Assembly: GCF_009914755.1 (NCBI RefSeq)
Contig: NC_060936.1
Origin: the human T2T-CHM13v2.0 reference genome, Homo sapiens
DNA: 64,000 nucleotides
Reading direction: 5' to 3' (one strand)
Under the pieces are notes generated by a model. The model was not told the DNA's origin. It was given only the letters and a program-made list of their open reading frames with translations, and did no database searches. Made by a program: the position numbers and the translations under genes. This document shows, piece after piece, positions 11,260-29,003 of the stretch; position 1 is the stretch's first letter; each line of letters begins with the position of its first letter.

Positions 11260-12280
11260 ATGGGGAGAAACCAGAGCAGAAAAGCTGAAAATTCTAAAAA
11301 CCAGAGCACCCCTTCTCCTCCAAAGGATTGCAGCTCCTTGCCAGCAATGGAACAAAGCAGGATGGAGAATGACTTTGATGAGTTGACAGAAGTAGGCTTC
11401 AGAAAGTCGGTAATAACAAACTTCTCCGAGATAAAAGAGGATGTTCAAACCCATCATAAGGAAGCTGAAAACCTTGAAAAAAGATTAGATGAATGGCTAA
11501 CTAAAATAAACACTGTAGAGAAGAACTTAAATGACCTGATGGAGCTGGAAACCATGGCACGAGAACTATGTGAAACATGTACAAGCTTCAGTAGCTGATT
11601 TGATCAAATGGAAGAAAGGGTATCAGTGATTGAAGGTCAAATTAATGAAATGAAGAGAAGTTTAGAGAAAAAAGAGTAAAAAGAAATGAACAAAGCCTCC
11701 AAGATATATAAGACTATGTGAAAAGACCAAATCTACGTCTGATTGGTGTACCTGAAAGTGATGGGGAGAATGGAACCAAGCTGGAAAATGCTCTTCAGGA
11801 TATTATCCAGGAGAACGTCCCCAACTTAGCAAGGCAGGCCAACATTCAAAACCAGGAAATACAGAGAACATCACAAAGATACTCCTCGAGAACAGCAACC
11901 CCAAGACACATAATTATCAGATTCACCAAAGTTGAAATGAAGGAAAAAATGCTAAGGGCAGCCAGAGAGAAAGATTGGGTTAACCACAAACAGAAGCCCA
12001 TCAGACTAACAGTGGATCTATTGGCAGAAACCCTACAAGCCAGAAGAGAGTGGGAGCCAATATTCAACATTCTTAAAGAAAAGAATTTTCAACCCAGAAT
12101 TTCATCTCCAGCCAAATTAAGCTTCATGAGTGAAGAAGAAATAAAATTCTTTACAGACAAGCAAATGCTAAGAGATTTTGTCACCACCAGGCCTGCCTTA
12201 CAAGAGCTCCTGAAGAAAGCACTAAACATGGAAAGAAACAACCGGTACCAGCCACTGCAAAAACATGCCAAATTGTACAG
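11260..12280 (+). pseudogene. L1 ORF1p remnant
   Basis: MGRNQSRKAENSKNQS... stops at 11598; resumes as KRPNLRLIGVPESDGENG...RPALQELLK in ORF 11718..12326. Confidence 0.9.
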
Positions 12281-12341
12281 ACCATTGATGCTAGGAAGAA
12301 ACTGCATCAACAAATGGGCAAAATAACCAGCTAACATCATA

Positions 12342-16172
<3,831 letters not shown>

Positions 16173-19100
16173 ACAACGCGAACACCTGGACACAGGACGG
16201 AGAACATCACACACTGGGGCCTGTCGTGGGGTGGGGGGTTGGGGGAGGGATAGCATTAGGAGAAATACCTAATGTAAATGATGAGTTAATGGGTGCAGCA
16301 AACAAACATGGCACATGTATACCTATGTAACAAACCTGCACGTTGTGCACATGTATCCTAGAACTTAAAGTATGATAATAATTTAAAAAAAGAGAGACCA
16401 ATTTCAAGTGTAATGACACCATAGGCTCAAAGTAAAGGGTTGGAGAAGGATCTATCATGCAAATGGAAAATAAAAAAGAGCAAGAGTCACTATTTTTATA
16501 TCAAATAAAACAGATTTTAACCCCACAATAGTAAAAGGACAAAGAAGGACATTACATAATGATAAAGGTTGAAGCCTCATTCAACAAGAAGACTTAACTA
16601 TACTAAATATATATGTACTCAACAATGGAGGACCCAGATTCATAAAACATGTTCCTCTAGACCTACAAAAAGACTTAGACCACCCAATAATACAATAACC
16701 ACACAGTAATAGTAGAGACTTCAACACCTCATTGACAGTGTTAGATCATTGAGGCAGAAAACTAACAAAGAAATTCTGGATTTAAATTTGACACTTGAAC
16801 AATTGGACCTAATACACCTCCATAGAATACTTCATCAACCACAGAATACACATTTTTCTCATCTGCATACAGAACATTCTCTAGGATTGACCACATGCTT
16901 GGCCATAAAGTGAGTCTCAATAAATTTAAAACAATCAAAATCATACCAACCATATTCCTAGACCACAGTGGAATAAAAATAGAAACTAATTTCAAGCAGA
17001 TCTCTCAAAACCACTTGATTATATGGAAATTAAACAACTTGCTCCTAAATGACTTTTGGATAAACAATGAAATTAAGGCAGAAATTTAAAAAAATTTTGA
17101 AGTAAATGAAAACAGAGACACAGCATACCAAAGTCTATGGGATGCAGCAAAAATAGTGTTAAGAGGAAAGTTTATATTGCTAAATGCCTACATCAAAAAG
17201 TTAGAAAGATCTCAAATTAAGAATCTGTCATCACACCTAGAGGAGTGAAAGAAACAAGAACAAACAAACCCCAAAGCTAGAAGAAAAAAAGAAATAACTA
17301 CAATCAGAATAGAATTGAATGACATTGAGACACTGCAAATCTAGAGACTCAATAAAACCAACAGTTGGTGTTTTGAAAGGATACATAAGATTGATAGACC
17401 ACTAGCCAGATTAACAAAGAAAAAAGAGGTTAGATCCAAATAACCACAATCAGAAACGAAAAAGGTGAAACAGAATACATAAGATCCTTAGAGCTTTTTA
17501 TGAACACCTCTACACACACCAACTAGAAAATGTAGAGGTAATGGATAAATTCCTGGAAACACACAACCTCCCAAGACTGAATCAGGAAGAAGTTGAAACT
17601 CTGAACAGACCAATAGCAAGTTCTGAAATCGAATCAGTCATAAAAGCATACCAAACCAAAAAAGCCCCAGACCAGATGGATTCACAGCCAAATTCTACCA
17701 GATGTACAAAGAAGAGCTGAATTAATTCCGCTGAAAATATTCCAAAAAGTCAACAAGGAAGGACTCCTTCCTGACTCATTCTATGAAGCCAGAACCACCC
17801 TGCTACCAAAACCCAACAAAGACACAACAAAAAAGAAAACCAGAGGCCGATATCCCTTATGAACATAAATGCAAAAATCCTCAACAAAATGCTAGCAAAC
17901 TGAATCTGGCAACACATCAATAAGGTAATTGACCATAATCAAGAAGGCTTCATTCCTGGGATGCAAGGTTGGTTCAGCATACATATATCAATAAATGGGA
18001 TTCACCACACAAACAGAATTAAAAACAGAAACCATATAATTATCTCAATTTATGTACAAAAATCTTTTGATAAAATCCAACATCCCCTTATGATAAAAAC
18101 CTCAACAAACTAGGCATCAAAGATACATACTTCAAAATGATAAGGGCTACCTATGACAAACCCAAACCCAACATCATACTGAACAGGCAGAAACTGGAAG
18201 TATACCCCTGAGAATAAGGATGGCCACTCTCACCACTCCTATTCAACATAATATTGAAAGTCCTAGCCAGAGCAATTAGGCAAGAGAAAGAAATAAAAGA
18301 CATCCAAATAGGAAAAGAAGAAGTCAAATTATCTCTCTTCACTGATGATATAATTCTATACCTGGAAATCCCTGAAGACTCAGCCAAAAGGCTCCTAGAA
18401 CTGATAAATGACTTCAGCAAAGTTTTAGGATACAAAAATAAATGTACAAAAATCAATAGCATTTCTATATACCAATAAAATTCAAGCTGAGAGCCAAATC
18501 AAGAAACACAATCCAATTGACAATAAAATAAAACACATACAAATACACACACAAAAATACAATACCTAGAAATACATCTAACCAAGGAGGTGAAAGAGCT
18601 CTATGAGAACTACATATGAAACACTGCTGAAAGAAATAATGAATGACGCATACAAATAGAAAAACATTTCATGCTCATGGATCAGAAGAATCAATATTGT
18701 TAAAATGACTATACTGCCCAGAGCAATCTACAGATTCAACATGATTCCTATCAAACTACCAACATGATTTTTCACAGATTAGAAAAAATTGAAGTCATAT
18801 GAAACTAAAGAATAGCCTGATTAACCAAAGCAATCCTAAGCAAAAAGAACAAAGCTGAAGTCATCACATTACCTGGCTTCAAACTATACTACAAGGCTGC
18901 AATAACCATAATAGCCTGGTACTGGTGCAAAAACAGAAACACAGACCAATAGACAGAATAGAGGACCCAGAAGTAAGCTACATGCCTATAACTATCTGAT
19001 CTTTGACAAACTGACAAAAATAAGCAGTGGATAAGGGACTCCTTGTTTAATAAATGGTGCAGAGACAGGTGGCTAGGCATATGCAGAAGAATAAAACTGG

Positions 19101-19545
19101 ACACCTACCTCTCACCATATATACCAATTAACTCAAGAAGGATTAAATATTTAAACCTAAGACCTCACCTGTTAGAACCCTAAAAGAAAACCTAGGAAAT
19201 ACCATTGTGGACATCAACCTTCTAAAAGAATTTATGGCTAAGTACCCAAAAGCAATTGCAACAAAACCAAAAATTGACAAGTAAGACCTAATTAAACTAA
19301 ACAGCTTCTGCACACCAAAATAAACTGTCAACAGAGTAAAGCCAACTTACAGAATGGGAAAAAATATTCACAAACCATGTATCTGACAAAGGTCTAATAT
19401 CCAGAATCTGTAAGGAACTTTAACAATTCAAAAAGCAAAAACCAAATAACACTATTAAAAGAAATGAGCAAAAGAAATGATTGGACACTTCTCAAAAGAA
19501 GACATGCGTGTGCCCAACAAACATATTAAAAAATATATAAAAATC

Positions 19546-19841
<296 letters not shown>

Positions 19842-20223
19842 CTAATCATCAGAGAAATGTAAATAAAACCCACAATGACCTGTCATCTTAATGGCCATCA
19901 GTCAGAATGGCTATTATTAAAAATTCAAAAAATAACAGATGCTGGTGAGGCTGCAGAGAAAAGGGAATGCTTATACGTTGTTGGTGTGAATGTAAATTAG
20001 TTCAGCCACTGTGAACAGTAGTTTGGAGATTTCTCAAAGAATTTAAAGCAGAACTACCATTTGACCCAGTAATCCCCTTACTGGGTATATACCCGAAGAA
20101 AAATAAATAATTCTACCAAAAAGACACTTGCATTCATATGTTCCTTGCAGTACTATTCACAAGAGTAAGGACATGGAGTCAGCCTAGGTGCTCATCAACA
20201 GTGGATTGGATAAAGAAAATGTG

Positions 20224-23099
20224 CCTATGCACACAAACTAGAAAACCTAGAAGAGATGGATAAATTCCTGGACACATACAGCCTCCCAAGACTGAATCAG
20301 GAAGAAATTCATTTCCTGAAGAGACCAATAATGAGCTCTGAAATTGAATCAGTAATAAATAGCCTACCAACCAAAATAAGTGCCCAGGACCGGATGGATT
20401 CACAGCCAAATTCCACCAGATGTACAAAAAAGAGCTTGTCCCATTCCTACTGAAACTATTCCAAAAAAATTGAGGAGGAGGCACTCCCCCACAACTCATT
20501 CTATGAGGCCAGGATTATCCTGATACAAAAATGGAGTGGGGAGGGATAGCATTAGGAGATATACCTAATGTTAAATGACGAGTTAATGGGTGCAGCACAC
20601 CAACATGGCACATGTATACATATGTAACTAACCTGCACGTTGTGCACATGTACCCTAAAACTTAAAGTATAATAATAAAAAAAAACCTGGCAGAGGCAAT
20701 AAAAAAAAGAAAATTTTAGGCCAATATCCCAGATTAACTTTGATGCAAAAATCTTCAACAAAATACCTGAATCAAAATACCACAATCAACTAGGCTTCAT
20801 CCCCAGGATGCAATGTTGGTTCAACATATGCAAATCAGTAAAAGTGATTCATCACATAAAAAGAACTAAAGACAAAAAAAACATGATTTTCTCAATAGAT
20901 GCAGAAAAGTCTTCTGATAAAATTCAACATTCCTTCATGTTAAAAACTCTCAATAAACTAGGTATTGAAGGAACATACCTCAAAACAAATCCACAGCCAA
21001 CATCATACTGAATGAACAAAAGATGAAAGCATTCCCCTTGAAAACCAGCACAAGACGAGGTTGCCCTCTCTCACTACTCCTATTCAACATAGTGTTGGAA
21101 GTCCTTGCCAGAGCAATCAGGCAAGAGAAAAATAAAGGGCATCCAAATAGGAAGAGAGGAAGTCAAACTATTCCTGTCTACAGATGACATGATTCTATAC
21201 TAGAAAACCCCATAGTCTCAGTCCAAAAGCTCCTTCAGCTGACAAACAACTTCAGCAAAGTTTCAGAATACAAAATCAATGTACAAAAATAACCGGCATT
21301 TCTATACACCAACAATAGCCAAGGTGAGAGCCAAATCAGGAAGGCAATCCCATTCACAATTGCCACAACAGAAGTAAAATACCTAGGAATATAGCTAACC
21401 AAGGAGGATCTGTACAATGAAAATTACAAAACACTGCTCAAAAAGTCAGAGATGACACAAACAAATGGAAAAACATTCCATGCTTGTGGATAGGAAGAAT
21501 CAATATCATGAAAATGGCTATAGTGCCCAAAGCAATTTTCTATTTTGTTATTCCTATCAAACTACCAATGACATTCTTCACCTAACCAGAAAAAAAGCTA
21601 TTTTAAAATTCATGTAGAACCAAAAATGAGTCTGAATACCCAAGGCAATCCTAAGCAAAAAAGAACAAAGCTGGAGGCATCATGTTATCCAACTTCAAAC
21701 TATGCTATAAGGCTATAGTAACAAAAATGCATGGTACTGGTACAAAAACAGGCACATAAACCAATGGAATAGAATAGAGAACCCATAAATAAGGCTGCAT
21801 GCCTACAACCATCTGCTCTTCAACAATGCTGACAAAAAAAAGCAATGGGGAAAAGATTCCCTATTCAATAAATGGTCCTGGGATCACTGGCTAGCCACGT
21901 GCAGAAGATTGAAACCAGACCTTTCCCTTACATCACATAGAAAAAATAACTCAGAATGGATTAAAGACTTAAACATAAAGCCCAAAACTATAAAAGCCCT
22001 TGAAGATAACCTAGGCAACACCATCCTGGACATAGGAATGGGCAATGATTTCATGACAGAGATGCCAACAGATATAGCAACAAGAGCAAAAATGGACAAG
22101 TGGGCTCTAATTAAACTTAAGAACATCAGTACAGCAAAAGAAACTGTCAACAGAGTAAATAGACAACCTATAGATGGGAGAAGATATTTACAAACTATGC
22201 ATCTGACAAAAGTCTAATATACAGCATCTGTAAGGAACTTAAACAAATGTACAAGAGAAAAACAACCACATTCAAAAGTGGGCAAAGGAAATGAACAGAC
22301 ACTTCTCAAAAGAAGACATACATGTGGCCAAGTATATGAAAAAAAGCTCATTATCATTGATCATTAGAGAAATGCACATCAAAACCATCTCACACCAGTC
22401 AGAATGGCTACTATTAAAAAGTCAAAAAATAGCAGATACTGGTGAGGTTGTGGAGAAAAGGGAACAGTTATACACTGTTGTTGGGAGTGTAAATTAGTTC
22501 AGCCATTGTGGAAAGCAGTGTGCAATTCCTCAAAGAGCTAAAAGCAGAACCACCATTTGACCCAGCAATTCCATTACTGGATATATACCCAAAGGAATAT
22601 AAATACCATAAAAACACATAGATGCAAATATTCACTATAGCACTATTCACAATAGCAAAGACATGAAATCAACCTAAATACTAATCAATGACAGATTGGA
22701 TAATGAAAATGTGGTACATATACAACGTGGAATACTACGCAGTCATAAAAAAGAATGAGATCGTGTCTTTTCTGGGAACATGGATGGATCTGGAGCCTAT
22801 TATCCTTAACAAACTAACGAAGGAACAGAAAACTAAATACCACATGTTCTTACTTAAAAGTGGGAGCTAAATGATAAGAATTCATGAATACAAAGAAGGA
22901 AACAACAGACACTAAGGTCTCCTTGAGGGTGAAGGGTGGGAGGAGGGAGAAGAGCAGAAAAGGTGACTATTGAGTACTAAACTTAGTAACTGGTGATGAA
23001 ATAATCCGTATAACAACCTCTCCTGCCCGTCTCATGAGTTTATCCATATAACAAACCTGCACATGTACCCCTGAACCTAAAATAAAAGTTTAAAAAAAG
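20224..23099 (+). mobile_element. 5'-truncated L1 (L1PA12/13-like) inserted near the 3' end of the host L1
   Basis: Abrupt jump back to mid-ORF2 (CCTATGCACACAAACTAGAAAACC; [17 protein letters not shown]); own 3' UTR and A-tail; TSD AAAATGTG 20216-20223 / 23302-23309. Confidence 0.88.
20532..20685 (+). mobile_element. ~150-bp L1PA3/4-like 3' terminal fragment inside the L1PA12-like copy
   Basis: GGGGAGGGATAGCATTAGGAGATATACC...AAAGTATAATAATAAAAAAAAA interrupts the host at CTGATACAAAA|CCTGGCAGAG. Confidence 0.88.
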
Positions 23100-24089
23100 A
23101 ACAGTTTGGCACAAATTATACTGCAACTAAAATTGTATTTGGTAGAGTTTGTCCAACATTTAATGGGTGAATATAATTAACCCTATCTGGTAGGTCAATT
23201 CTTTCATCTACCTATGAGAATACTCTTAAGGTAATCCACAATAATTGACCATTTTGTTTCCATTCTTCTAAAAACTAAAAATAAAAGTCAAATGGCCTTT
23301 AAAAATGTGTTACATATGCACTGTGGAATACTACAGAGCCATAAAAAGGAACAAAATCATGTTCTTTCCAGCAATATGGATGCAGCTGAAGGCTATTATC
23401 CTAACCAAATTAACCCGGGAGTAGAAAACCAAATACATTGTGTTCTCACTTACAAGTGGGAGCTAAATATTGGTCATTCATAAACATAAAGATGGGAGCA
23501 ATAGACACTGGGGACAACTAGAAGGGGGAGAAAGAACAAGGGGCAAAGGCTAAAAAACTACCTATCACGTATATGCTGACTACCTTGGTGATGGGATCAT
23601 TTGTACCACAAACCATCTCACACAAAATACCCATGTAACAAACCTGTACATGTATGCTCTGAATCTAAAATAAAAATTGAAACAAATTTTAAAAAGAATA
23701 TATATAGGTAAGTATGAATGACAAGTGTCAAAATGGACTGCAACTGTCAAAAACAATTCTGGCAAAATCCATGTGGTAGGGAGTGATTTGGGTGGAGAAC
23801 AACATGGAGCTGATATAGTAAAATTAAATAATAATTATCTCACTGGAATAAATTGAGAATTGAGGAGATAATGAAATCAGTTTTGGAACTGTGCAAAACT
23901 TCATCTGGTGAAGGATTGAAATCTGAGTCTCAATAAACAAAGACACAGCAGTCATAATATAATTTACAGAAAGAAAACACAAACAGCAAACAAATATAGC
24001 TTTAAAATGTTTAGCCTCTCTAGTGGTTTAAGAAATAAGAATCCAAATGATCTTAAGTTACTATTTGCTACTTATTAAAATAAAAACAA

Positions 24090-24290
24090 TAAATATATAA
24101 AAACAAATATATTTATACATATTTATAAAAATATATTAAAAATATATACAAATATATATAAAAATTGTGTATATATAAGTAAACATATATGTATATATTA
24201 TTTATATATGTATGTATATATTATATATAGTGTACATGTATGTATGTTTGTGTGTGTATATATATATTATGTGCATATATATATATATAC
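24090..24290. repeat. AT-rich degenerate (TA)n/(TG)n low-complexity tract
   Basis: Seen directly. Confidence 0.8.
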
Positions 24291-24380
24291 GATGTAGTGC
24301 TGACAAGCCAGAGGGAAAATGGTATATTCAATTCCCATTACTCACAATAAAAACAGTTACAGTTCAAAAACCAAATGAAA

Positions 24381-24566
24381 AGAAGGAAGGAAAGAAGGAA
24401 GGAAGGAAGGAAGGGATTGGTTCACTTTCCCGGGAAGGAGGGAAGGAAGGAAGGAAGGAAGGAAGGAAGGAAGGAAGGAAGGAAGGAAGGAAGGAAGGAA
24501 GGAAGGAAAGAAGGGAGGGAGGGAGGGAGGGAGGGAGGGAAGTGATTGGTTCAGTTTCCCAGGAAG
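24381..24566. repeat. GGAA/GGGA microsatellite, including (GGAA)17 at 24441-24508
   Basis: Counted directly from the sequence. Confidence 0.95.
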
Positions 24567-25249
24567 TAACCTCTGGTTGAGAGTGGGCCCCACAGCACTT
24601 CTATGCTTATCTACACCTTACATTGCTTATCTTGTTACTCTTTAGTGCTATTAAGTAATGATCTGTGTGTGCTTTGTATTCCGAGTAGATGGCAATCTCT
24701 TCAAAGTAAAGCTCTGTGCTCTCCATTTATTCCACAATTCCTTCTCCAACTCAATTGTGACCATGATTAACTTTGTTCACTCAAAACATTCAATTACATG
24801 CTTGCTGAATAATAGGGGAAAATATTGTGTTATTTCCACTCAGATTTGGGAGGTAAAAGCCAAGGTAATATGGTAGAAGAAGAATTTGCTACATGTAAGA
24901 GTTTTGTATGGCAGAATTGGCATTTTCAAGTCAGAGAAAAAACAACTGATTACCTATGAGGAAAAAAAGTATGCTCAATCTTGATACCATGTTCAAAAAT
25001 AAATTACAGATAAAGTCCTAAATTTTTTTTAAAGTTTAAAACAATGTATTTATTTCCTTGGGCTTGGAAGAAAAATTAAAGTAGAAAAATGATGAATTAG
25101 ACCACACCAAAATAAAAAGCTACTGTATGAAAAAAAGACATTTTAAAAGATGCTAAAAATCCAGGGACAGGCTTTAAGAAAGTATTTGTCATATATGACA
25201 GGCAATTATTATCCAGGATATATAAAAGTATGAATAGGTAAGAAACATT

Positions 25250-25930
25250 CTAGTTGGTCAGAATGTAAAATTGTGCAGGCACTATGAAAAACAGTGTGAA
25301 GTTTCCTTAAAAAATTAAAAATAGAATTACCATATGACTCAGCAATCCCACTTCTGCATATACATCCAAAAGTATTGAAAATAAGATCTCAAAGACATAT
25401 TTGCACACCCATGTCCATTGTAATATTATTCACAATAGCCAAGAGGTAGAAGTAACCTAAATGTGCACAGATGAGTTAATGGATAAAGAAAATGTGGTAT
25501 ATACATACATATAATGGAATGTTATTCAGCCTTATAAAAGGACATCCTGTCATATGCTACAACATGGATAAACCTTGAGGACATTATGCAAAGTGCAATA
25601 GGCCAGTCACAAAAATGATAAACCTTGAGGACATTATGGAAAGTGAAATAGGCCAGTCACAAAAAGACAAACACTGCATGATTCTATTTATATAAGGTAT
25701 GAAAAGTAACCAAATTCATAGAAGCAAAAAGTAGAATGGTGGTTGCCAGGGGCTGGAGACAGAAGAAAGAAAGGGGGAATTGTTCAATGGGTATAGAGTT
25801 TCAGCTTTGCAAGATGAAAAAGTTCTGGAGATCTGTTGCACAATAAGGTGCTTATGGTTAACACTACTGTACACATAAAAAGTGGTTAAGATGGTAATCT
25901 TTATACTATGTGGTTTTTTCCCACAATTAA
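25250..25930 (+). mobile_element. L1MA/L1MB-class 3' end
   Basis: AAAATAGAATTACCATATGACTCAGCAATCCCACTTCTG...GGTGGTTGCCAGGGGCTGG...GATGAAAAAGTTCTGGAGATCTG. Confidence 0.8.
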
Positions 25931-26286
25931 TAATCAGAGCTTTAAATCTCAGTTTGAGAGAAGTTTTCTATGTAAATACTCCAGGAAGAAGATAACATTT
26001 GGCTTATATTCAGTCGTAGATATAAATGCGTGATATAAGACCTTATTCTAATAGCAGGTTTTCATAGCAGGAAGAATGGCTGAGAGCTTGAAACTTTGGG
26101 GCTTCTGAAGGGGCAAGTGGGTGCAAGAGTGATCCAAATGTGTAAGCAAATGCTGTTGCCGGTACAGTAGGTCAGCAATGTCTGTAATGGTGAGGAGGGC
26201 ACATTTAGGCATTCACCAATATGTTTGATTGGTAGATCATGTTCCTACAAAATTTTCCAAGGAATGAAGGAATGTTTGGAAAATGA

Positions 26287-26588
26287 TTTTTTTTTTTTTT
26301 GAGTCAGGGTCTTTCTCTGTCACCCAGGCTGGAGTGCAGTGCACTATCATAGCTCACTGCAGCCTCCAATTCCAGGGCTCAAGCAATACTCCAGCCTCAT
26401 TCAACCTCCTGAGTAGCTGGGACTATTGGCATGCACCACAATGCCTGGCTAATTTTTCTTTATTTTTAGTAGAGACGAGGTCTTGCTATGTTAACCCAAG
26501 CTGATCTCAAACCCCTGAGCTCAAGTGATCTGCCCACCTAGGCCTTCCAAAGTGCTGGGATTACAGGCGTAAGCCACCATGCCTGACC
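26287..26588 (-). mobile_element. AluJ
   Basis: Poly-T, then diverged Alu with J-type ATAGCTCACTGCAGCCTC...GGGCTCAAGC. Confidence 0.88.
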
Positions 26589-27169
26589 TTGACATGCTTT
26601 TTTTTTATTTTTTAAATATCTCTAGTCACCTAATTTGCTGAAAGCTAAATTTAAAAAAACTCTGCGTTGCATGATAATACTTAATTCTGTGCTAAGTGCG
26701 TTTCCCATTGCAGAGTAGTACCACCATACTTAGTATTAAGGAGATTATAACATATCAAAATTTTAAATGAACTAAGAAAGCATGAAAATTATGGAATACT
26801 AATGCCATCTTTTGATGGAAGAACCTGGAAACAAAAACAGGACACTCAAATCAATTTTTCTTAAACTATAACTTTATTTGGGCAAGAGAATTTTCCCTAA
26901 ATAAAGCTATCATTTTTAAACACCTTAGGACAAACTATTTTTTCAAATAAAATTTTATGTCAGAATAGTCTTGTGTAAGTGGTTTTCTATTCTCCCATCT
27001 TCTCATTATTATGAATATTTGCTTTATTGATATATATATCTCAGTTACTCCCTGTGACTAAACTGCTCTCTCTGCTTGAAATCAGAAGACTTATTTTAGG
27101 TAATTTAAAATTTATATTAGCACAGTGTCTATACCAAATTGGTAATGCAGATTTATGTAAAAAAAGAGG

Positions 27170-27760
27170 AAAAGAAACATTCTAACAGAAAAAATGGTCA
27201 AAGAATATAAACAAGCACTTTCAATGATTAAACAGTGGCTGTAAATATATTGCTAAATATGTAATCAGCTTTATGCAAATTAAAACAATGAGATACTGTA
27301 TCTAGCCATCATAAAGGCAAATATTAAATAATAATAATATTGAGGAGTTATAAAATTGTGTGAAAATAACAACTCTTATATACTGCTGGTAAACGAATAA
27401 ATTGATGCATTTATTTTTTTAGAATAATTTGGCAGTTTCTATTAAGTTAAAGATGTGCATGCTATATGATCCAGCTGGAGAAACACTTGCATATGCATAT
27501 GTGGAGATGTGTCATGATCTGCATAACTCCATGTAGTATTTTTGTAATAATAAAAAAGTTATGAATAATGAATGATCATTACTTGAGGAATAGTTAAATA
27601 AAATGTGATAAATTTATACACTAGAATTACAGTAGTTAAAGCAATAAATTACACCTGTATACTATAAATGGACTTAAATCTCCAAAAATTACTACTGAAT
27701 AAGAAAAAGAAAGTTATAAAATAGATACAGTATATAAATTTATGTTATAAAATATCATAA
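27170..27760 (+). mobile_element. Ancient L1M(C/E) 3' fragment
   Basis: Highly degenerate ATGCAAATTAAAACAATGAGATAC, CTCTTATATACTGCTGGT, AATTTGGCAGTTTCT motifs. Confidence 0.55.
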
Positions 27761-27767
27761 AACAGAA

Positions 27768-28090
27768 ACCAGTCTTTTGCAGCAATGTAAATGGAACTGG
27801 AGGTCATTATCCTCAGTGAAATAACCCAGAAACAAAGTCAAATACCATATGGTCTCACTTATAAGTGGGAAATAAACAATAGGTACACGTGGACATACAG
27901 AGTGGGATAACAGACATTGAAGACTACAAAACGTGGGAGGAGAGTGAGGACTGAAAAATTACCTATTGGGTACAATGTTCCCTCTTCAGATGATGGGTAC
28001 ACTAAAAGTCCAGAGTTCATCATGATGCAATATATGCATGTCAGAAATCTGCACTTGGACCTCCTAAATATATACAAATGAAAAATTTTA
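27768..28090 (+). mobile_element. L1PB-class 3' end fragment
   Basis: ATGGAACTGGAGGTCATTATCCTCAGTGAAATAAC...AAAAATTACCTATTGGGTACAATGTTC...CACTAAAAGTCCAGA. Confidence 0.8.
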
Positions 28091-28214
28091 AAGTAAACAC
28101 GACATAAAACAATTGTATTTTTAATCTATGATATGAACATATAAAAAGAGGTCTGGAAGGATGCACAGCAAACTCTTAGTAGTGGCTTTCCCAGAAAGTG
28201 TGAAAGGGAAGCAG

Positions 28215-28388
28215 CCTCTTAAATGCCCAGAACTGACCCAGGGCCACTTTGAATACATTCTATTGGTCAAAGCAAGTTAAGGTCAGTCCAGCTGCAAGGT
28301 GACTTCCCCTCTTCATGGGAGGAGCAGAAGGTGTGGCATGCACCTGCTGTGGGGTGGTGGAATTGATGGCAACCATTTTTGGAAATTG
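28215..28388. mobile_element. Old MaLR (MLT1-type) LTR fragment, host of the young L1
   Basis: CATTCTATTGGTCAAAGCAAGT...CCTCTTCATGGGAGGAGC...CCATTTTTGGAAA motifs. Confidence 0.5.
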
Positions 28389-29003
28389 GTGAGACTGTAA
28401 ACTAGTTCAACCATTGTGGAAGTCAGTGTGGCGATTCCTCAGGGATCTAGAACTAGAAATACCATTTGACCCAGCCATCCCATTACTGGGTATATACCCA
28501 AAGGAGTATAAATCATGCTGCTATAAAGACACATGCACACGTATGTTTATTGCGGCACTATTCACAATAGCAAAGACTTGGAACCAACCCAAATGTCCAA
28601 CAATGATAGACTGGATTAAGAAAATGTGGCACATATACACCATGGAATACTATGCAGCCATAAAAAATGATGAGTTCTTGTCCTTTGTAGGGACATGGAT
28701 GAAATTGGAAATCATCATTCTCAGTAAATTATCGCAAGAACAAAAAACCAAACACCGCATATTCTCACTCGTAGGTGGGAATTGAACAATGAGATCACAC
28801 GGACACAGGAAGGGGAACATCACACTCTGGGGACTGTTGTGGGGTGGTGGGAGGGGGGAGGGATAGCATTGGGAGATATACCTAATGCTAAATGACGAGT
28901 TAGTGGGTGCAGCGCACCGACATGGCACATGTATACATATGTAACAAACCTGCACAATGTGCACATGTACCCTAAAACTTAAAGTATAATAATAATAAAA
29001 AAA
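28389..29003 (+). mobile_element. Young 5'-truncated L1 (L1PA2-like), ~615 bp
   Basis: Open ORF2 C-terminus 28414..28785; many CpGs retained; GAG (not Ta ACA) in GACGAGTTAGTGGG; TSD GGAAATTG 28381-28388 / 29004-29011. Confidence 0.9.

Noticed and set aside
24212-24593. ORFs with KEGR/LPSF repeats
   Set aside because: Translation artefacts of the GGAA microsatellite
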